The notes: generated from the letters alone by a model not told the origin. Positions 37,250 through 50,915 are shown, counted from the first letter of the stretch. The stretch: 64,000 nucleotides of DNA from Marsupella aquatica (GCA_973895155.1 OZ316895.1:3087659-3151658); one strand, 5' to 3'. Numbers and translations: made by a program.

Positions 37250-40200
37250 GTGTGTCAGAAAGTGTGACTAAGAGCTAGGTTCCATGGCCCATGGGGCTGG
37301 GAGTAAAGAATACGGATGCTATCAGAATTTTTAAGCCAATAAGATTATAATTTTTCAGGGAATGAAGAGTGTACAAATATTGTATCAAGGAGTATGATTT
37401 TTCTTCACACTCCCTGTTAAAAACTTGGGTACCCTCTGCCCCTATATAAAAACAGTATAGGGTATGCTCATTGGCTCCTAAGTCAAAATTTATACATTTG
37501 AAATATTATATACACCTTGGCATACGGTGTATTTGGGTCCCAGGGGATGTCAGAGGGAGTGACCATACTCCCTACCCCTGGCACATGGAACCTGGCCCTT
37601 AAAGCTAGAAGTTCAACCACAGTTCTTACAATACTTTAAGAGGTTCATCTTGAATGTCTTTCTCAACTCAAAAGGTGGAAGATGGCAAACTTAAGTGGAT
37701 GCACAAAGCTATGCGGATGAATTGGATGCAGCATGGTGATAAGTGCTCCAAGTTACAATTTGATTCTTTTAAATCTCAGGCTTTGGCATTGGAGATCAAA
37801 GGACTGTACGATAAGGATAGTCAGGTCAAACAGGATTGGGAGGATATGGCTAGGATTGCAACTGGCTTCTACACTAATCTACTTACATCCAAGCCCATTC
37901 CATCCCAGGAAGAGATACTTTGTATTCTGGAAAAAGTCCAGATAGGTATTACTCAGGAAGAGAGACAGATGCTTGACCCGGAGATTACCTTCGACTAAAT
38001 TCTGGCGGCCACTAGAGCGTTGGGGAAAAATAAAGCTCCTGGACATGATGGGGTCCTGGCTGAATTCTTCCTGGCTTTTTGGGATCGGATTGGTCCGGTC
38101 TTGTTGGATGCATTGCAGTTTGGGCTTTTGTGCAAGGAAACTTCGGAACCAATTTCTTGAAGGGTCTTATCATTCTTCTTGCTAAGAAAGGGGATGAGTA
38201 TTAGATTGAGGATAAGCGACAGATTTCTCTCCTTACAGTTAGCTATAAAGTGGGTACTAAAACTTTTCAGCTTAGGTTAATTCAGATTCTGATTCAAATA
38301 ATCTCGGACCAGCAGTATGCATATTTACCGGGCAGGTCTATCCATCATACTCTTCTTACGAATGAAATGGTGCAAAAAGCTATGGTGGAATCAGATCCAT
38401 TTGTTCGCCTTAAACTGGATGTGATCAAACCTTTTGACAGGTGGAATGGGTGTTCATCCAAAAGATGCTAGAAGTTATGGGTTTTGGAGAAACCTTCACT
38501 AACTTCTTCTGGGCTATTACTAAGAATGTCTCCTTGGCTATTCTTATCAATGGAAAAGCTTCTAATCCATTCTGTATCACTAGATCTGTTCGTCAAGGTT
38601 GCCCTATTTCTCCACTGTTTTTTATCATTGCCATGCAAGGGCTGGATTGTCTCATCCAAGAGAAACTTAAGAGTGGAAGCATCGAAGGTATTCGTTTTGA
38701 AGAGGTTGGATTACATTTGGCGCATCAATTCTATGCAGACAATACGACAGTGATTTTGAAGGGGGAAAGAGGTAACATTGATCGTTGTAAGGATTACTTT
38801 GATCTGTTTGCCACGGCCTCGGGTCTGAAATGTCTATGGGATAATGTTACGGCTATCTTATTGAGCTCCGATCCTCTACCGCTGGATCTGATTGATCTAA
38901 ATTGGACTTGGGAGGGTCCAAGTCAATATAGTAAGCTTCTTGGCTTCTGTTTTGGAGCCAAGGGAGTTACACAGGGAGTACGTTGCCGCAGATTAAGGAT
39001 CTTCTGATGAAGAAGCTTACGATGGCAAAAAAGAGGCCGCGGTCTTTTATGTCCAGGGTTCTGCTGATTAATCATATTCTTATGGGATCTTTGTGGTACC
39101 TTCTCACTCTTTGGAGTGGCAACGATGCTGATCTACACGAGATACAAATGGTTTTTATTAACTTTCTGTGGGCAGGTCAAGGAATTTCGGCATGTCATTG
39201 GAGTAATTTCCGTCTGTTATCCTTAAATAAGAAGGATGGGGGGATTTGTTTGATTCCTTTTGATAATCAAGTGACCGCTCTGGCTGCATGTTTGATCATG
39301 TTTGTTGTTTCTGAAGGCAATCATCCTCTTCAATTACTACTACATTGGAAGATTTTTGAGCTTTCCTATATACTAAGTGGGGAGTGCGTGACTGTTCATG
39401 GGTGTATAACAGTTGTCGTACTCTTCCTTCTTTGGGATCTATCTGGCGAATCATTTGCAGATCTTGGAATAAGATTAAGAAACAGTTGGTTTTTACAATA
39501 CCGGCTAACTTGAATATGATGCTGAAATAGCCTTTGTGGTCACCATCGATTATTCGTAAGGAGATAAGGGTTGCTGGTTGTAAATCTTATCAACAACAGC
39601 TTCTAAGATGTCTGGGTATCCATTGTTGGCAGGATGTGCTTTCGGACAGTGGAAGTCCAAAATCTTGCATTGATCTGTTGAACAGAGGTGCCCAATCAAG
39701 TAGTCATCACACATTCAATGCTATATTGAATAACTTTAAGAGGGATGCGATATATGGGGTTCCAACTTATTGCCATAAGGTTTTCATTTCCAAGTTTCTT
39801 ATCAAAGAAGGGAATCTAGTTTGGGAAATTTTGGTTCCAAATTGTGATGTGAAGGATATATGGAGGTTGGATGAGGTGCCTTTGAGTACATAGACGACAT
39901 TTAAGATTTGTCATGGGATCTTACTTGAGACTGAAGAGGTTGTGGGTAATGAAGCTCCTTTAAGCAGTATGGTTACAGGCATGACCAAGAGTTGGATCAC
40001 ACATAAGGCTGGGATTGATCTGTGTGGCCCTATTTCATCTGAGTTACGATTATCAACTACTTTTCAGTGGAAGGATAGACGTAGTTTTTTCTATGCTACT
40101 ACTGCTAGCATACAGAAAATTCTGCAACAACTTACACCGGTGCAAGGACGGGGTATGCAGAAATGGAGGATGGAAATTCGAGTGGTGCCATGTGACCGGG

Positions 40201-41260
40201 TGGTCTGGGGAAATGTTTGGAAGAAATATCGTGAGGAAAAAGTTAACTTCTTATGGCAAATGGCTCACAGGATTGTAGATACGAAACATTTCATTGGTAG
40301 ACGGTCTACACGGCGTGATGAGGTGGGTATCATTATCCCGTTTTCTCGTTTGGATGCAATATGGTGGTGTTCAAGGTGTGCAGTGGGTGCTCATGAGGAC
40401 ATCATTCATTGCCAATGGAGTTGTTCTGAATCTCAGCGCATATGGATTTGGATTCAGTCTGTTATTGGCCGTACTTTCTCAACACAGGGTCAGGATTGTT
40501 TTTTTGGAGCTGCACAGGCTCTGTTGGGTGCACCATTGTTTAACCTGCAACGTGGTTTTCCTCTTAAACTTTGGCATTTGGCTAGAGGAATCACCAACTG
40601 GCAATTGTGGAAAGCTAGATGTACATTGGAAAAAGAGAAAATATGTATCTCAAATGTGGGGATTAAGCATAAGATTTGGCTTGAGCTTTGTTTGTGTACT
40701 TATTGCATGGAAACAAGGTTTGGCATTGGAGAGAAATGGTGGACAAAACAGATTGGAGTTGGTCGGGAAGATGATTCGAGACTTTGGTCAGCTGGGAAGA
40801 TTGTATAGTCTGCAGGATGATCTGATAGTGTTGACCTCTGATCCATTGTGGTTTTATTATCCATCTTGATCTGATGTTTGATCTTATACTTTTGCTCTTC
40901 CTTGTTTTGCTGAGAGCAGAGTATTGTAGTTAGTGATTAGTTAGTGGTCTTGGCGAATGGATTATCCTCCTGTGGATTTTCATCCGAGTTCAGTAGTTCA
41001 GATCTTGGTCTTTTGGCTTGATCTCTTCCTGTGCTTTGGTTGAGTTGGCCCTCAGATTTGCTTGTCTCTTTTTAGAGTGTCTTTGGTGTGTGGCGGCTGG
41101 TTGCATTTCACTTTTCCTTTCCTTTGCCTTTCCCTCGTGGCTGAACATGTTCGGTCTCTGAGTGGTTGTTGCTCCTCAACCTTTTTTTGGTCTGGCCTTT
41201 TACTCCCGGTTTTATTGGGATTTACTTTCCTTATGAATAAAATGTTCCTTTCAAGAAAAA
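37250..41260 (+). mobile_element. 5'-truncated, frameshifted L1-type LINE (RT plus C-terminal zinc-binding domain)
   Basis: KAPGHDG, KLDVIKPFD, RQGCPISP, YADN and CSRC..EDIIHCQWSC motifs across broken ORFs; T-rich 3' UTR, aataaa and A tail; exact 13-bp TSD aagaatgagttcc at 37237-37249 and 41261-41273. Confidence 0.95.
37272..37598. mobile_element. Tourist/PIF-like MITE inserted in the 5' end of the LINE
   Basis: ~33-bp imperfect TIRs gagctaggttccatg..gggagta / tactccc..catggaacctggccc, flanked by TAA and TTA. Confidence 0.65.
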
Positions 41261-41571
41261 AAGAATGAGTTCCATTGGCTCCGGGATCCGATGGGGCATC
41301 AAACCAAATTAAATCCCAATCGCTCTTTTCTGCCATTGCGGTAAATCTTTGTTCAAGACATAAAAAAAACTTAGCGAATCCCTTAAATGGATTAGAGGCT
41401 AACATGAGGTAATTGTACTGGGATGTGGTGATGGGTAGATCCGGCCATACGGCCAACAATGTAAATCAAGCTGGGGTGGCAATAGGGCCTGTCAAGGTAA
41501 ATTTTTGTGACATAATATTCTTATTGGGCGCAGAGTGTATATCCTGGCCATAAAGTTCTTTTTATGTCCTT

Positions 41572-41935
41572 GCTGGTACGTCCTTTGTGACATTGTTTTG
41601 ACACCCCCTAACACCTAGCCCAACACTCACAGGTGATGCTGGTACCTCCTTTGTGGCATTGTTTTGACACCCCTAATACCTAGCCCAGCACTCACAGGTG
41701 ATGTTGGTACCTCCTTTGTTGCATTGTTTTGACACCCCCTAATACCTAGCGGAGCATTCACAGGTGAACCGGATAATAGAGTGTACTTGTTGTTCGGAAG
41801 ACACATAAAGTGGCGTCAGTCACCTTTGTGGCACTGTTTTGACACTCCCTAATACCTAGCCAAGTCCTCACGGGTGAACCACATAAATGGGGTGTACTTG
41901 TTGTTAGCAAGACACATAAAAGAGGTCTCAGTCAG
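41572..41935. repeat. Tandem repeat, ~65-bp unit x 4, with a second ~57-bp unit after copies 3 and 4
   Basis: cctttgt..attgttttgacaccc..taa(c/t)acctagc..tcacaggtga recurs from 41572, 41638, 41703 and ~41822. Confidence 0.88.
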
Positions 41936-44837
41936 ACTGACTCTAGTTTGCAATCTTTGACAAGAAAAATATTCCACCTTCTTTCAGACTGTCGTGACTG
42001 GCCATTTAACTTTTTCACAACCAAAAGTTTATTAATTTAAGTTTTTTGGTATGTCTCTGACAGACAGATTTGTTATAGCTTACTATGGCCAAAAGATGAT
42101 GAAAGGCGCCCAACCGCCAGACTGAGGCAAGAGACCTATTAGGGCGTCTCAAACTTTCAGGTTCATGGAAAAACAACTGTCCTGAAAGTACCAGTTTTGG
42201 TCTGGGGTCTAGAGTGTGCGGACGGGTGTGCGGACAAGCATCATGTCCACCACTTTTCTTCTGGGAAAACTCCCTTGACTGGAACCTGAGGCAGAACAAA
42301 GAGATCTGATAAGGCAGAGGAAACAAAGAGAAACCCAAGAGCCAAAAAGCCTGAGAGGTTAGTAATATTGGTTTGCAATCTTGTATAAGGAACACACATT
42401 TTTAAACTTGCCTTCAGACTGCCGTGAGTGACTATTTAACCTTTTCACAGCCTAAAGTGTTAAGGCAGTTTTTCTGGTATGTGCTGACACCTAGCCAAAT
42501 CATGTGTCTTTACCTATTTCAACAGAGAAACATGTTTCCAAAGCATTTCGCCTCAGAGAACAATTTCAGGCTCTTGTGTCTGGAATTTGATTTATCCCCC
42601 ATTTCTCAAACTAACCAGCATGTTTTTTCAGCCTGATGATTTTGAACCTTCGCTAATGTTCGTAAAACTTTTAATCATTTACTTGAACCTAATTACTAGT
42701 ACTCAAGTGTGATTGGAATTGAGCAAAAATAGTTTGTTAGCAAATTGATAAAATTCTCTTTCTAGCACTAAATTGGGACTTGAGCCCATGGAGCAGTTAT
42801 GAAGAAATCAAGCTCTAAAAATGATGATTCACGTCTAGAGAGGCATGACTTTGTGGTAGTCCACTTGAGTAGAGACTGATAGGTCTTGGGTTCAACTATT
42901 GTGGCTGACTCTTCCCTTTCTGTGGGGTTTCACAGATTTCCCCTTAAATTTTTTTAAAAAATTAAAAATTAAAAAAATGGATGATTCACCATTCCAAATA
43001 CATGAGACTCTAATCATCCACTATTTCGAAGAAAGCACACTGGCCCAGGGACACAAAACAATCAATTTGGTGTCAATTTTGAAATATTCCAATGATGGAC
43101 AAGGAAACAATCTCCAAGTATTTAAAACCAATGGGGGTACCTTCACTTTCGCCCATCCTCTTGTGTCCTAACTTGTTTAATGATTGTCCAGTTGTCCCAA
43201 TTTTATGTTTCGCATTTTATTGTCGATAAAAATGCTTTTGACCCAATAAACAACCACCTGTCTTGTGACCCGTGATCCACAATGTGACTTTAAAGTAAGA
43301 ACCTACGTCGAGTGTTCTGAGAATCAAGACAGGCCCCAAAAGGCATAATAAGAGAACAGTGATGCATGATTGAGCTACTCTTTTTGAAAATATCAATAAG
43401 CCCATTTGCCATGCAGACACTAAAAGTGAGCCCATGCTCCTCAATAATGCATGTTTTGTCTTTTTAAAGAGAAAACGCCCATCATATTTGTTATACAAAA
43501 CCCTACGCTACTAAGCAATAATGCATATTTGTCCCTGCTACTCTAGACAAATGCATAAGTCCCCATATTTCATCATTGTAGTTGCTACTCTTGAGAAATA
43601 CCACTAAGGGCAATATATCATGCCTGTGTTCTGTTTCCTGCTCCTCTTTACATATTTGCATATTGCCAACAAAATAACCACAGTACATTACTCCAAAACA
43701 GTCAAGTAAATAATATGTATACCACTCGATGTACTGATGCAACAAGACCACAAAGCCAAGTTGACCCAAAAGCTCAAATATGCTGAACCCCACGAGCCTT
43801 GCCTTCTCCATCTATCTACAGTGTTCTCTGCATTTAGTGTTTTTTCTTTCCACAAAAATTGGCGAACCTAGGAAAGGGAGGACCAGAAAGCAAGGTGTCT
43901 CTGTATTTAGTGTTATGTAAAAATTAGCATTAATACCAAATTAGTGTTACTAACACTAATTTTGGTGAAAGTGATTTTGAGTCCAAAGTAACACTGATTC
44001 TTGTGGATCTTTCAAAATGGTTATATTGAATTTTATTTAATGTGCTAGTAATAATGGGTTTTAATGATCCCAGGTAACACTCATTATTGTGTATTTTTCA
44101 ATTAGTTTTTTCCACTATTCTCCACCCTTGAGACCAAAGTAACACTAATCCATGTGCGTGGACTTAGTGTTATAACATAATTAATGTGGTAACACTAATT
44201 CATGGTTAGAGCCTGCTGTGAGTTAGAGCATCCCCAGCAGTGCCCCTCCATCAGGGCCCTGGATGGCCATCAACATTCTTTTCTGGAGCATGGTAATTTG
44301 TTTTGCAAGGGAATGCAGACTGGCAAATCAAGGGTAGGTCACACGAGGGAATGCAGACTGGCAAATGGAGCCCTTTTGGCAGGCTGGAAATTGTTTTCCC
44401 CAGTCTTGGCAAACTTCATCAACTCTTGTTGCTCTACCACATATAGTACGTTTACACAAATCAGGCACCAACTTTACTGTTCTTCATATAGAATGCTCCT
44501 TTTATGCTGTCCTATTTTAACTTATTCAGAAAGTTTAGGGTTTAGGGTACATCACTCTCCACAGTACCTGCTGCAACCATGGTGTGAATTGTGACAAAAC
44601 ATGCCCGAATGACAGCTAGAGGTGCACCATTTTTTGTTTTGGATGGCTGACAATCTTGGCCTGTGTTTGTGTCCCTTCAAGGTCTGTTAACCAGCCAGCA
44701 GCTGGTAACCCAGTGCGGAAGCTCTCAGTGCCATCGAGTTAGATTAGTCTTTACAGTACACAACTTACTCCTGTGAAAGACAAAATATATAGATTAGAAG
44801 GGATGACATCAGATAGCAGACCAGGGCCACTCATGTA

Positions 44838-45158
44838 TTTTCTTTTTGCCTTGGAAGCCAAAAGCAGACTCATCCAACAGAGAATAGACTATTTGCTCTG
44901 GAACATGCAATTTTATGTAGGGTAGCCACAAGGGGACAATACCAAGGGATCCAACAGGGACCAGACCAAGAGAGAGAGAGGGTTCAACCAGGGCCCTACT
45001 GTGGGCTAGCCAGGGGCTAAGGAAAAACCAATACTCTCACCAGGAACCCCACCTCCACACACATACAGCCTACCCCTTGTGTGTGAAGGTGGCATTGAAC
45101 CAGGGACCTCTCGGTTTTAAGCTAATCCCCTGGCCAACTGACCACGGCCAGTTGGTTG
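44838..45158 (-). mobile_element. tRNA-derived SINE (~320 bp)
   Basis: Minus-strand head with A-box-like tggtcagttgg and B-box-like ggttcaatgcc, A-rich tail, 14-bp TSD gggccac(t/c)catgta at 44824-44837 and 45159-45172. Confidence 0.8.
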
Positions 45159-45429
45159 GGGCCACCCATGTACTCACTCCCATCTTTTGATAGTGTGCCA
45201 GGGCTGCAAATGGAGGTGTCCTGTCATGATTTGATTTATTGGTCCCCGCACATCAAAATATCACATATATTATGTATTACATCTCCCCATATCATGATAA
45301 ACCTTGTTATTTTTAATGAGTGCACATTGTATATTAACACATTTTGAATGTGTGGTTACCGTCATATTGGTTCTCCTAGATGCTCTCGGCATGCTGCTAG
45401 GAGCAATTCATTCTACTGTAGTGAGCCCA

Positions 45430-46165
45430 TATCTTGTGTTCTGCCCTCCTTCAGATAAAGGCTAAGTGTGGGTGCATCACGGAAGCGAGGCGAGTTTCTG
45501 GAAATTTTAGTAATCGAATTACTGTCACGTCGAACGTAATGAATGGAGTATATGCAGAAAAGTATATCGACTGTTTCTCCAAATCCGATGGGAAGGCTTA
45601 GAACGAGATGCATTCACTTTTGCGAGTATTCGGAATGCATCTGCAAGCTCGGGGACTTTGGAATCGGTGGAGGTTCATTTTCCCAGCAAGTAAATCGGAC
45701 TGGAGTCTGTGGGCAATGCACTGGTTGACATGTATGCAAAGAGTGGCAGTTTGGATGATGCTCGACTGGTTTCTGACAGAATGGTAAAACCCGATGTATT
45801 CACATGGACTGTAATGATCGGTGGATTTGCATTACATGGATGTGGGCACGAAGCTTATCGACTGTTTCTCCTAATGAGACGGGAAGGCTTCCGGATACCC
45901 GGCTTGTGGTGCATGATGTCAAAGAGGACGTAACGAGCTACAGTAGCTTTTTGCTCTCATAGTGAGAAGTTGGCTATTGATTGCGGACTTAAGCACACAC
46001 CCCGGGAGAACCAATGTATAAGGAAGAACCTTCGGGTGTGTCCAGATTGCCACACGCCAACCAAGTTTATCTATAAGGTGGCAGGGCGCGAGATTATAGG
46101 TGAGGGATGCAAATCGCTTTCACCATTTTAAAGATGGCGTGTTTTCTTGCGATGAATACTGGTGA
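45430..46165 (+). pseudogene. PLS-class PPR-DYW organellar RNA-editing factor pseudogene, internally deleted
   Basis: Decayed PPR motifs (AKCGCITEARRV, VGNALVDMYAKSGSLDDARLV, DVFTWTVMIGG) followed by DYW motifs PDTRLVVHD, HSEKLAI, KNLRVCPDCH, RDANRFHHFKDG and terminal EYW*; several frameshifts. Confidence 0.92.
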
Positions 46166-46634
46166 CCAGATAGAATCGCCCGTCTGAATTATGTTTGAAC
46201 AAGGAGAACATACGATTATGTACTTCTGGGATCAGGGATCAAACCTGGACGATCTGAGTATTCCTTCACTAGGATAATAAAATCAATCTGATTTATGGTC
46301 GAAGAACATAATTATTACACACTACCAACTGACAACAAAGTATGTCGACAATTTTGGAATTTCTTGATGAGTTCAAACATTACAGTTTGCAAGAATTTGT
46401 TTTTGAGGTACTTCATTTCACTTCAAACTACTGGACAAAATCCCCACTAAGCTTGACTAGTTTCAGAGCGGGTCATACCCTCATACTGTCTATGGATGGG
46501 TGTCAGGCCATCGTATAATATTAACGGCAGAAAGGCTAGACTACCCTAGACTACCCTTAGCCGGCTGTTTATCTATAGCAGAAACTTCTCCTATGGTAGA
46601 ACGAGCCCCACTTCAAGCAGATATTATTCCTACT

Positions 46635-49600
46635 TCAGGCAGATATTATTTTCAAACTGAAGTCCCACAGCTTCTTTTGCAGTTCTTCGTCAAGGGAAAG
46701 CTTTTGTTTCAGTGGATACTCCTTGTAGTTATAGAAGTATTTTCCTGTCACTCCTTTGACGTCGGGGCTAATGGCTAGGTAGGTCTGGAGGCCTGCCCCC
46801 TGCACTCAAATCCAAAGAAGACACAGAACAAAAGTATTCTCTCTCCATGAGGGCTCAGGTCGAGCGTGCAGAATACTACATAATTAATAATAGGCTACTT
46901 AGAATCAGATTCTGGCAGATGCAAGGACGATACTAATTCAATTTAATTTCAATCTGCTGAGAACAAGCTACATCTATGATGGCTCCTTGTCACCTGGCTA
47001 GTAATTGAGAGTCCTTCTAAGTAGTTAAGTAGTTGTCGCTGAACACAAGTTTCGATGATAAGTTTCTCCTCCCAGGAGCTGGTTTAATATGGAGATCCTT
47101 AGTCATACTCAATATGTATGTACAAATTGTAAGACAATGAAACTACAGAACTTAACAAAAGTCTTTCCTAAAAAACTGTCGATACTTCGTCATAAACTTA
47201 AAATATGAACTTCCGGTCGAGTCCAATTAAACGCCAAAATTCCAAACATAGTGATATTGTTGACCGTAGATTCAACTCGGATACTAAGACTTGGGGTACA
47301 TATAAATTGGGAGGAGTTAGTAAATCATTCATGTGTTGAAAATTTCTGGCATACAGATTTAGTCCTAGATGACGAATTTTGGGTCAATTGGCCATGAGGG
47401 TAAAAGAAGAGCCAACTTGCCTGCGTAGGAGCCACACCGAATATCCAAAATACAAGATCGAGTAACGCTGCAATTAAGCGAGTCAAACCATCTTCAGTAA
47501 CCAAAACGAAAACGGAACGCATACTTGATGGACAGTGTTGTACAAAATCAATCAGACTTAATTGAGTTGGTTTTTCCAGAAACAGTAGCACAAATACTTA
47601 CGCTTTATCCAGCCAGCGGTATTAGATATAATGTTCGTCCTCACCGTACCAGGATGAAGACTGTTTACTGTAACATTATTTACACCTTCATCCTGCGCCC
47701 AATGATGGTAATTGAATAAGTAATTCTTGAAATTGGCGACGTCAGGATAGTTTACTAAAACCTGAACGATGTAGTTTATGAATCCAGTAAAACACAGAAA
47801 TCATTTCCAAAAAACTTTTAGAACGGGTAGATAATCACAAATCTAAGCACTGCATCTAGTCTAGTACACGTTCACTCCCGGAATTCACTAGATAAAGTCC
47901 AAATAAAACAGTATGTACTCCAACAATGCTAATAATCTTTGTGAAAAGATTGAGTAAACCTGCAGACGCTTTGCAAGCTCCTTGGTGTATAAAATTTGTG
48001 CTAGCTTCGACTGTCCGTAGAGTTTTGCACGATCAATGAACCCCCTGCAAGGAAAAAACTTGATTATCGTCCGCCAACTAACAATCCCCTGTTGGATCTG
48101 TAGATTAATACTTCAGAAATAGAACCCCAAGAATCTGAGCCACATATAAGAAACCTGCGGAAAGCTCCTGAATTTAGAAATTACAGTAGACTGTGTCTTA
48201 ATGACTCTGCTGGTGCATCTCTGATCTCTAGCATTCTACGATCCAAATCTAGCAAGCCGCTATTCAGCATGCAATTCAAGGCTCTTCTACAAAAATCTGC
48301 AGGTTATAATACCGCGCCCACACTCCTTCATGCAAACCTTCGAATGATCAAAGTACAAAATCCGAGACCTCAAAAGCGTTTATCTGTACTAAAAGACAGC
48401 AAACATCAATGTACCATAGTTCAAATCAATATGGAATATTGTCAATGTAGTGATGAGTCGATAGCCCTTACCCCGTTTTGACATCGGTTTTATTGGGATT
48501 ATAGATTTCATTGAATTTGATGCCTTCTTCATACACAAGTACCTCGTGCATCCTAGATGACACATTGACAATCCTTCCCTCAATACCAGTTTCACTGGCT
48601 GTCTCTTTCAACTTATCCAGGAGAAGTTGCGTGAGAAGGACATGGCCTACAATTGACACAAACGGAAGTGTAAAGTATCTGGTTAGCAGTGTGCAGGATG
48701 CCACCATGCCATAATACCATTCCTGCTTTGAGTGACCTCTCCAGCAGTCTAGGCGACCCAGATTTTAGCCGCTAAACTGCCTCCTTAATTTGAGCCAAAT
48801 CTACCCAAAGCGCGCCATCTGCTGCGTTTGTTTGCTGAAATAACCCACACACTCATCACTTCCGTCGAGCTTTGATCCCTTCGTTCGTAGTGTTTCCATA
48901 CTTACCGAGGTAATTCGTAGCAAAAATTGTCTCTACGCCATCAACCGAAACCTTAGAGGCTGCTGAAGAGATCCCAGCATTACATCTGCTCATATGCACA
49001 TGCAAAAGATCAGGTGTAATCATTTACACATAGTCTGTGAGAGCTCTAGTATTATATGCATTACCACAACGGCACGACAAAGAAGACTGAATAAAACGTG
49101 TCCAAAGTTCAAAATCAAAGAAAAATGACCAGATAACCGAAGAAAATCAGGAAGATTGAACTCATGCTTGAGTCACTGAGATCTCTCCAGGGCTAAGTAT
49201 CTTTGGATGCATTGAACCAGATTGATAATGTGAACTAACCCCATAAACAAGGATCTGATGAGCAACTTCACATCCAGTAGGTTGTGAACGGGGTTGCGAA
49301 GCTTCAAGTCTCGGCTCAAGTTGTACTTACACCAAAATATTTAATGGAACATTCAATGCCAAGAACTCCTTCGCGGCTGTTCGCACAGATACCAATGAGG
49401 CCAGGTCGATCTTCAACAGATCGATTCTGGCGCCGGGAGTCTCATTCAAAATATCCTCCTTCACCTTCTCTGCAGCTGATAGGTTGCGTGCTGCAAGGTA
49501 AACATGCGCCCCTCGCTTTGCCAGGACCCGAACTGTTTCTTTTCCGAGGCCATTTGTACCACCTGCAAAGTGTGACCACTTGCCATTCAATACACACAAA

Positions 49601-49956
49601 GAAGAAGACGATGCATTGTTCTGAATGCGTCTCACCAAATCCACACTATCGCCATGGAAATACATCAGTCACAGTGCCCCCATTTTGTTCAAGTGTTAGG
49701 ATGGACTCTTTGTCTAAATTTGTGATAGCTCTAATCCAACGTTCCAATGGGGATGGACCAGATCATTTGTATTCTGGAAGATAACAAAAGGTTATTCAAT
49801 ACTCTATCTGAGTCATCGTGTGCATTCTGTGCCCAAACTCTCTCCCAATTCAACTACAAACTAATGTAAGCGTTGAAGAACAGAACCTGTGACAATTATC
49901 GTGAGAGGACTTGCATCAATCCCTTCCGTTACTTGCTCGGCCGTCTTCCTCCCCAT
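46635..49956 (-). CDS. Short-chain dehydrogenase/reductase, TIC32/retinol dehydrogenase-like; exons 49956-49887, 49562-49331, 48985-48906, 48646-48472, 48044-47960, 47692-47602, 47467-47421, 46799-46635 (314 aa)
   Basis: TGGTNGLG, CNAG, FATNYLGH, RIVNVSS, YGQSK (YxxxK), SLHPG and VTGKYF motifs; exon lengths sum to 945 nt in frame; intron 7 has a GC donor. Confidence 0.9.
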
Positions 49957-50546
49957 CTGCTCTACTCTGCTGCCTCCTCCTGTGACTCTCGATTACAGAT
50001 TGTGGGAATCAACAACACCTTGTGTCTGGCACCTACGATATGCTCCTTAGTAATCCTTCGTTCGTCTACTCATCGCAGCTCTCAACAAGGACTGCTCAAG
50101 CTCACATAATTCCAGGAGTCGGCAATCAATTCACCGTCGTCTAGACATCAGGAGGTCTAAATTGAATCGAAGTGGCTGAGAAACGGCCGACTTAAATGCA
50201 ACAAACAGAGGAACGGGAGTGTGATTGGTATATCCCCCATCTGCAAATCCTGTCCAGTACATAGCGAAAGCATTGACTCGGCAAGCAGGCAAGCAAATAT
50301 CTGTCCCAGGGGAATCTAATCTGTCAGATGTAATGCGAGGACTCAAATTATATGTCACCCTGTCAAAGAACAGTGTCCTATGTGTCTAACGTGGAGACTC
50401 AAATTATATGTCACACTGCAAAAGACATAATACGCCAAACCTGGATGGAGACAGGATCCCAAGGGCACGAGATCCAATGAAGGGGGGAAAAGGAAAGGGA
50501 GAAACAAGGGAAATTGGAACTTGTTGGTTATCTTGAAAGAGTCTCT

Positions 50547-50829
50547 CATTTTTGCCTCCAAAAAACCAAATGAATTCCATTCAAATAGCCAGCATACAAA
50601 AAGGGGGACCCAAAAAGGAGCACCATCCCGGGGGACCAAAGGTCTACGTGCTAAAAAAACCGGTGAGGCCGGTACCAAGAAGGAAGCTGGGCCTCAGAAG
50701 GAGGCAACTAAACAAGAAATTTAGAAATTACAGTCAGAGCAGCACACTCCTAAAGACCGGCCAGTGATCAGGTTCCGGCGGGGTTCCATTCAGTGGTCCG
50801 TGAGAGAGCGTTGACTCAATCAGTCAGTC
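50547..50829 (-). mobile_element. Short retroposon insertion (LINE 3' end or SINE), ~280 bp
   Basis: Exact 16-bp TSD tcttgaaagagtctct at 50531-50546 and 50830-50845; short T tract at the left end. Confidence 0.82.
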
Positions 50830-50915
50830 TCTTGAAAGAGTCTCTTGCTTCCGAAGAAAGTAAGGAACTAGAAGGTTCAAATAGATTCTCCAAGTGCAGC
50901 CGGTCCCAGAAAATA

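Noticed and set aside
41572-41935. Repeat-spacer-like array of ~65 bp
   Set aside because: The whole unit repeats and the intervening segments are homologous to each other.
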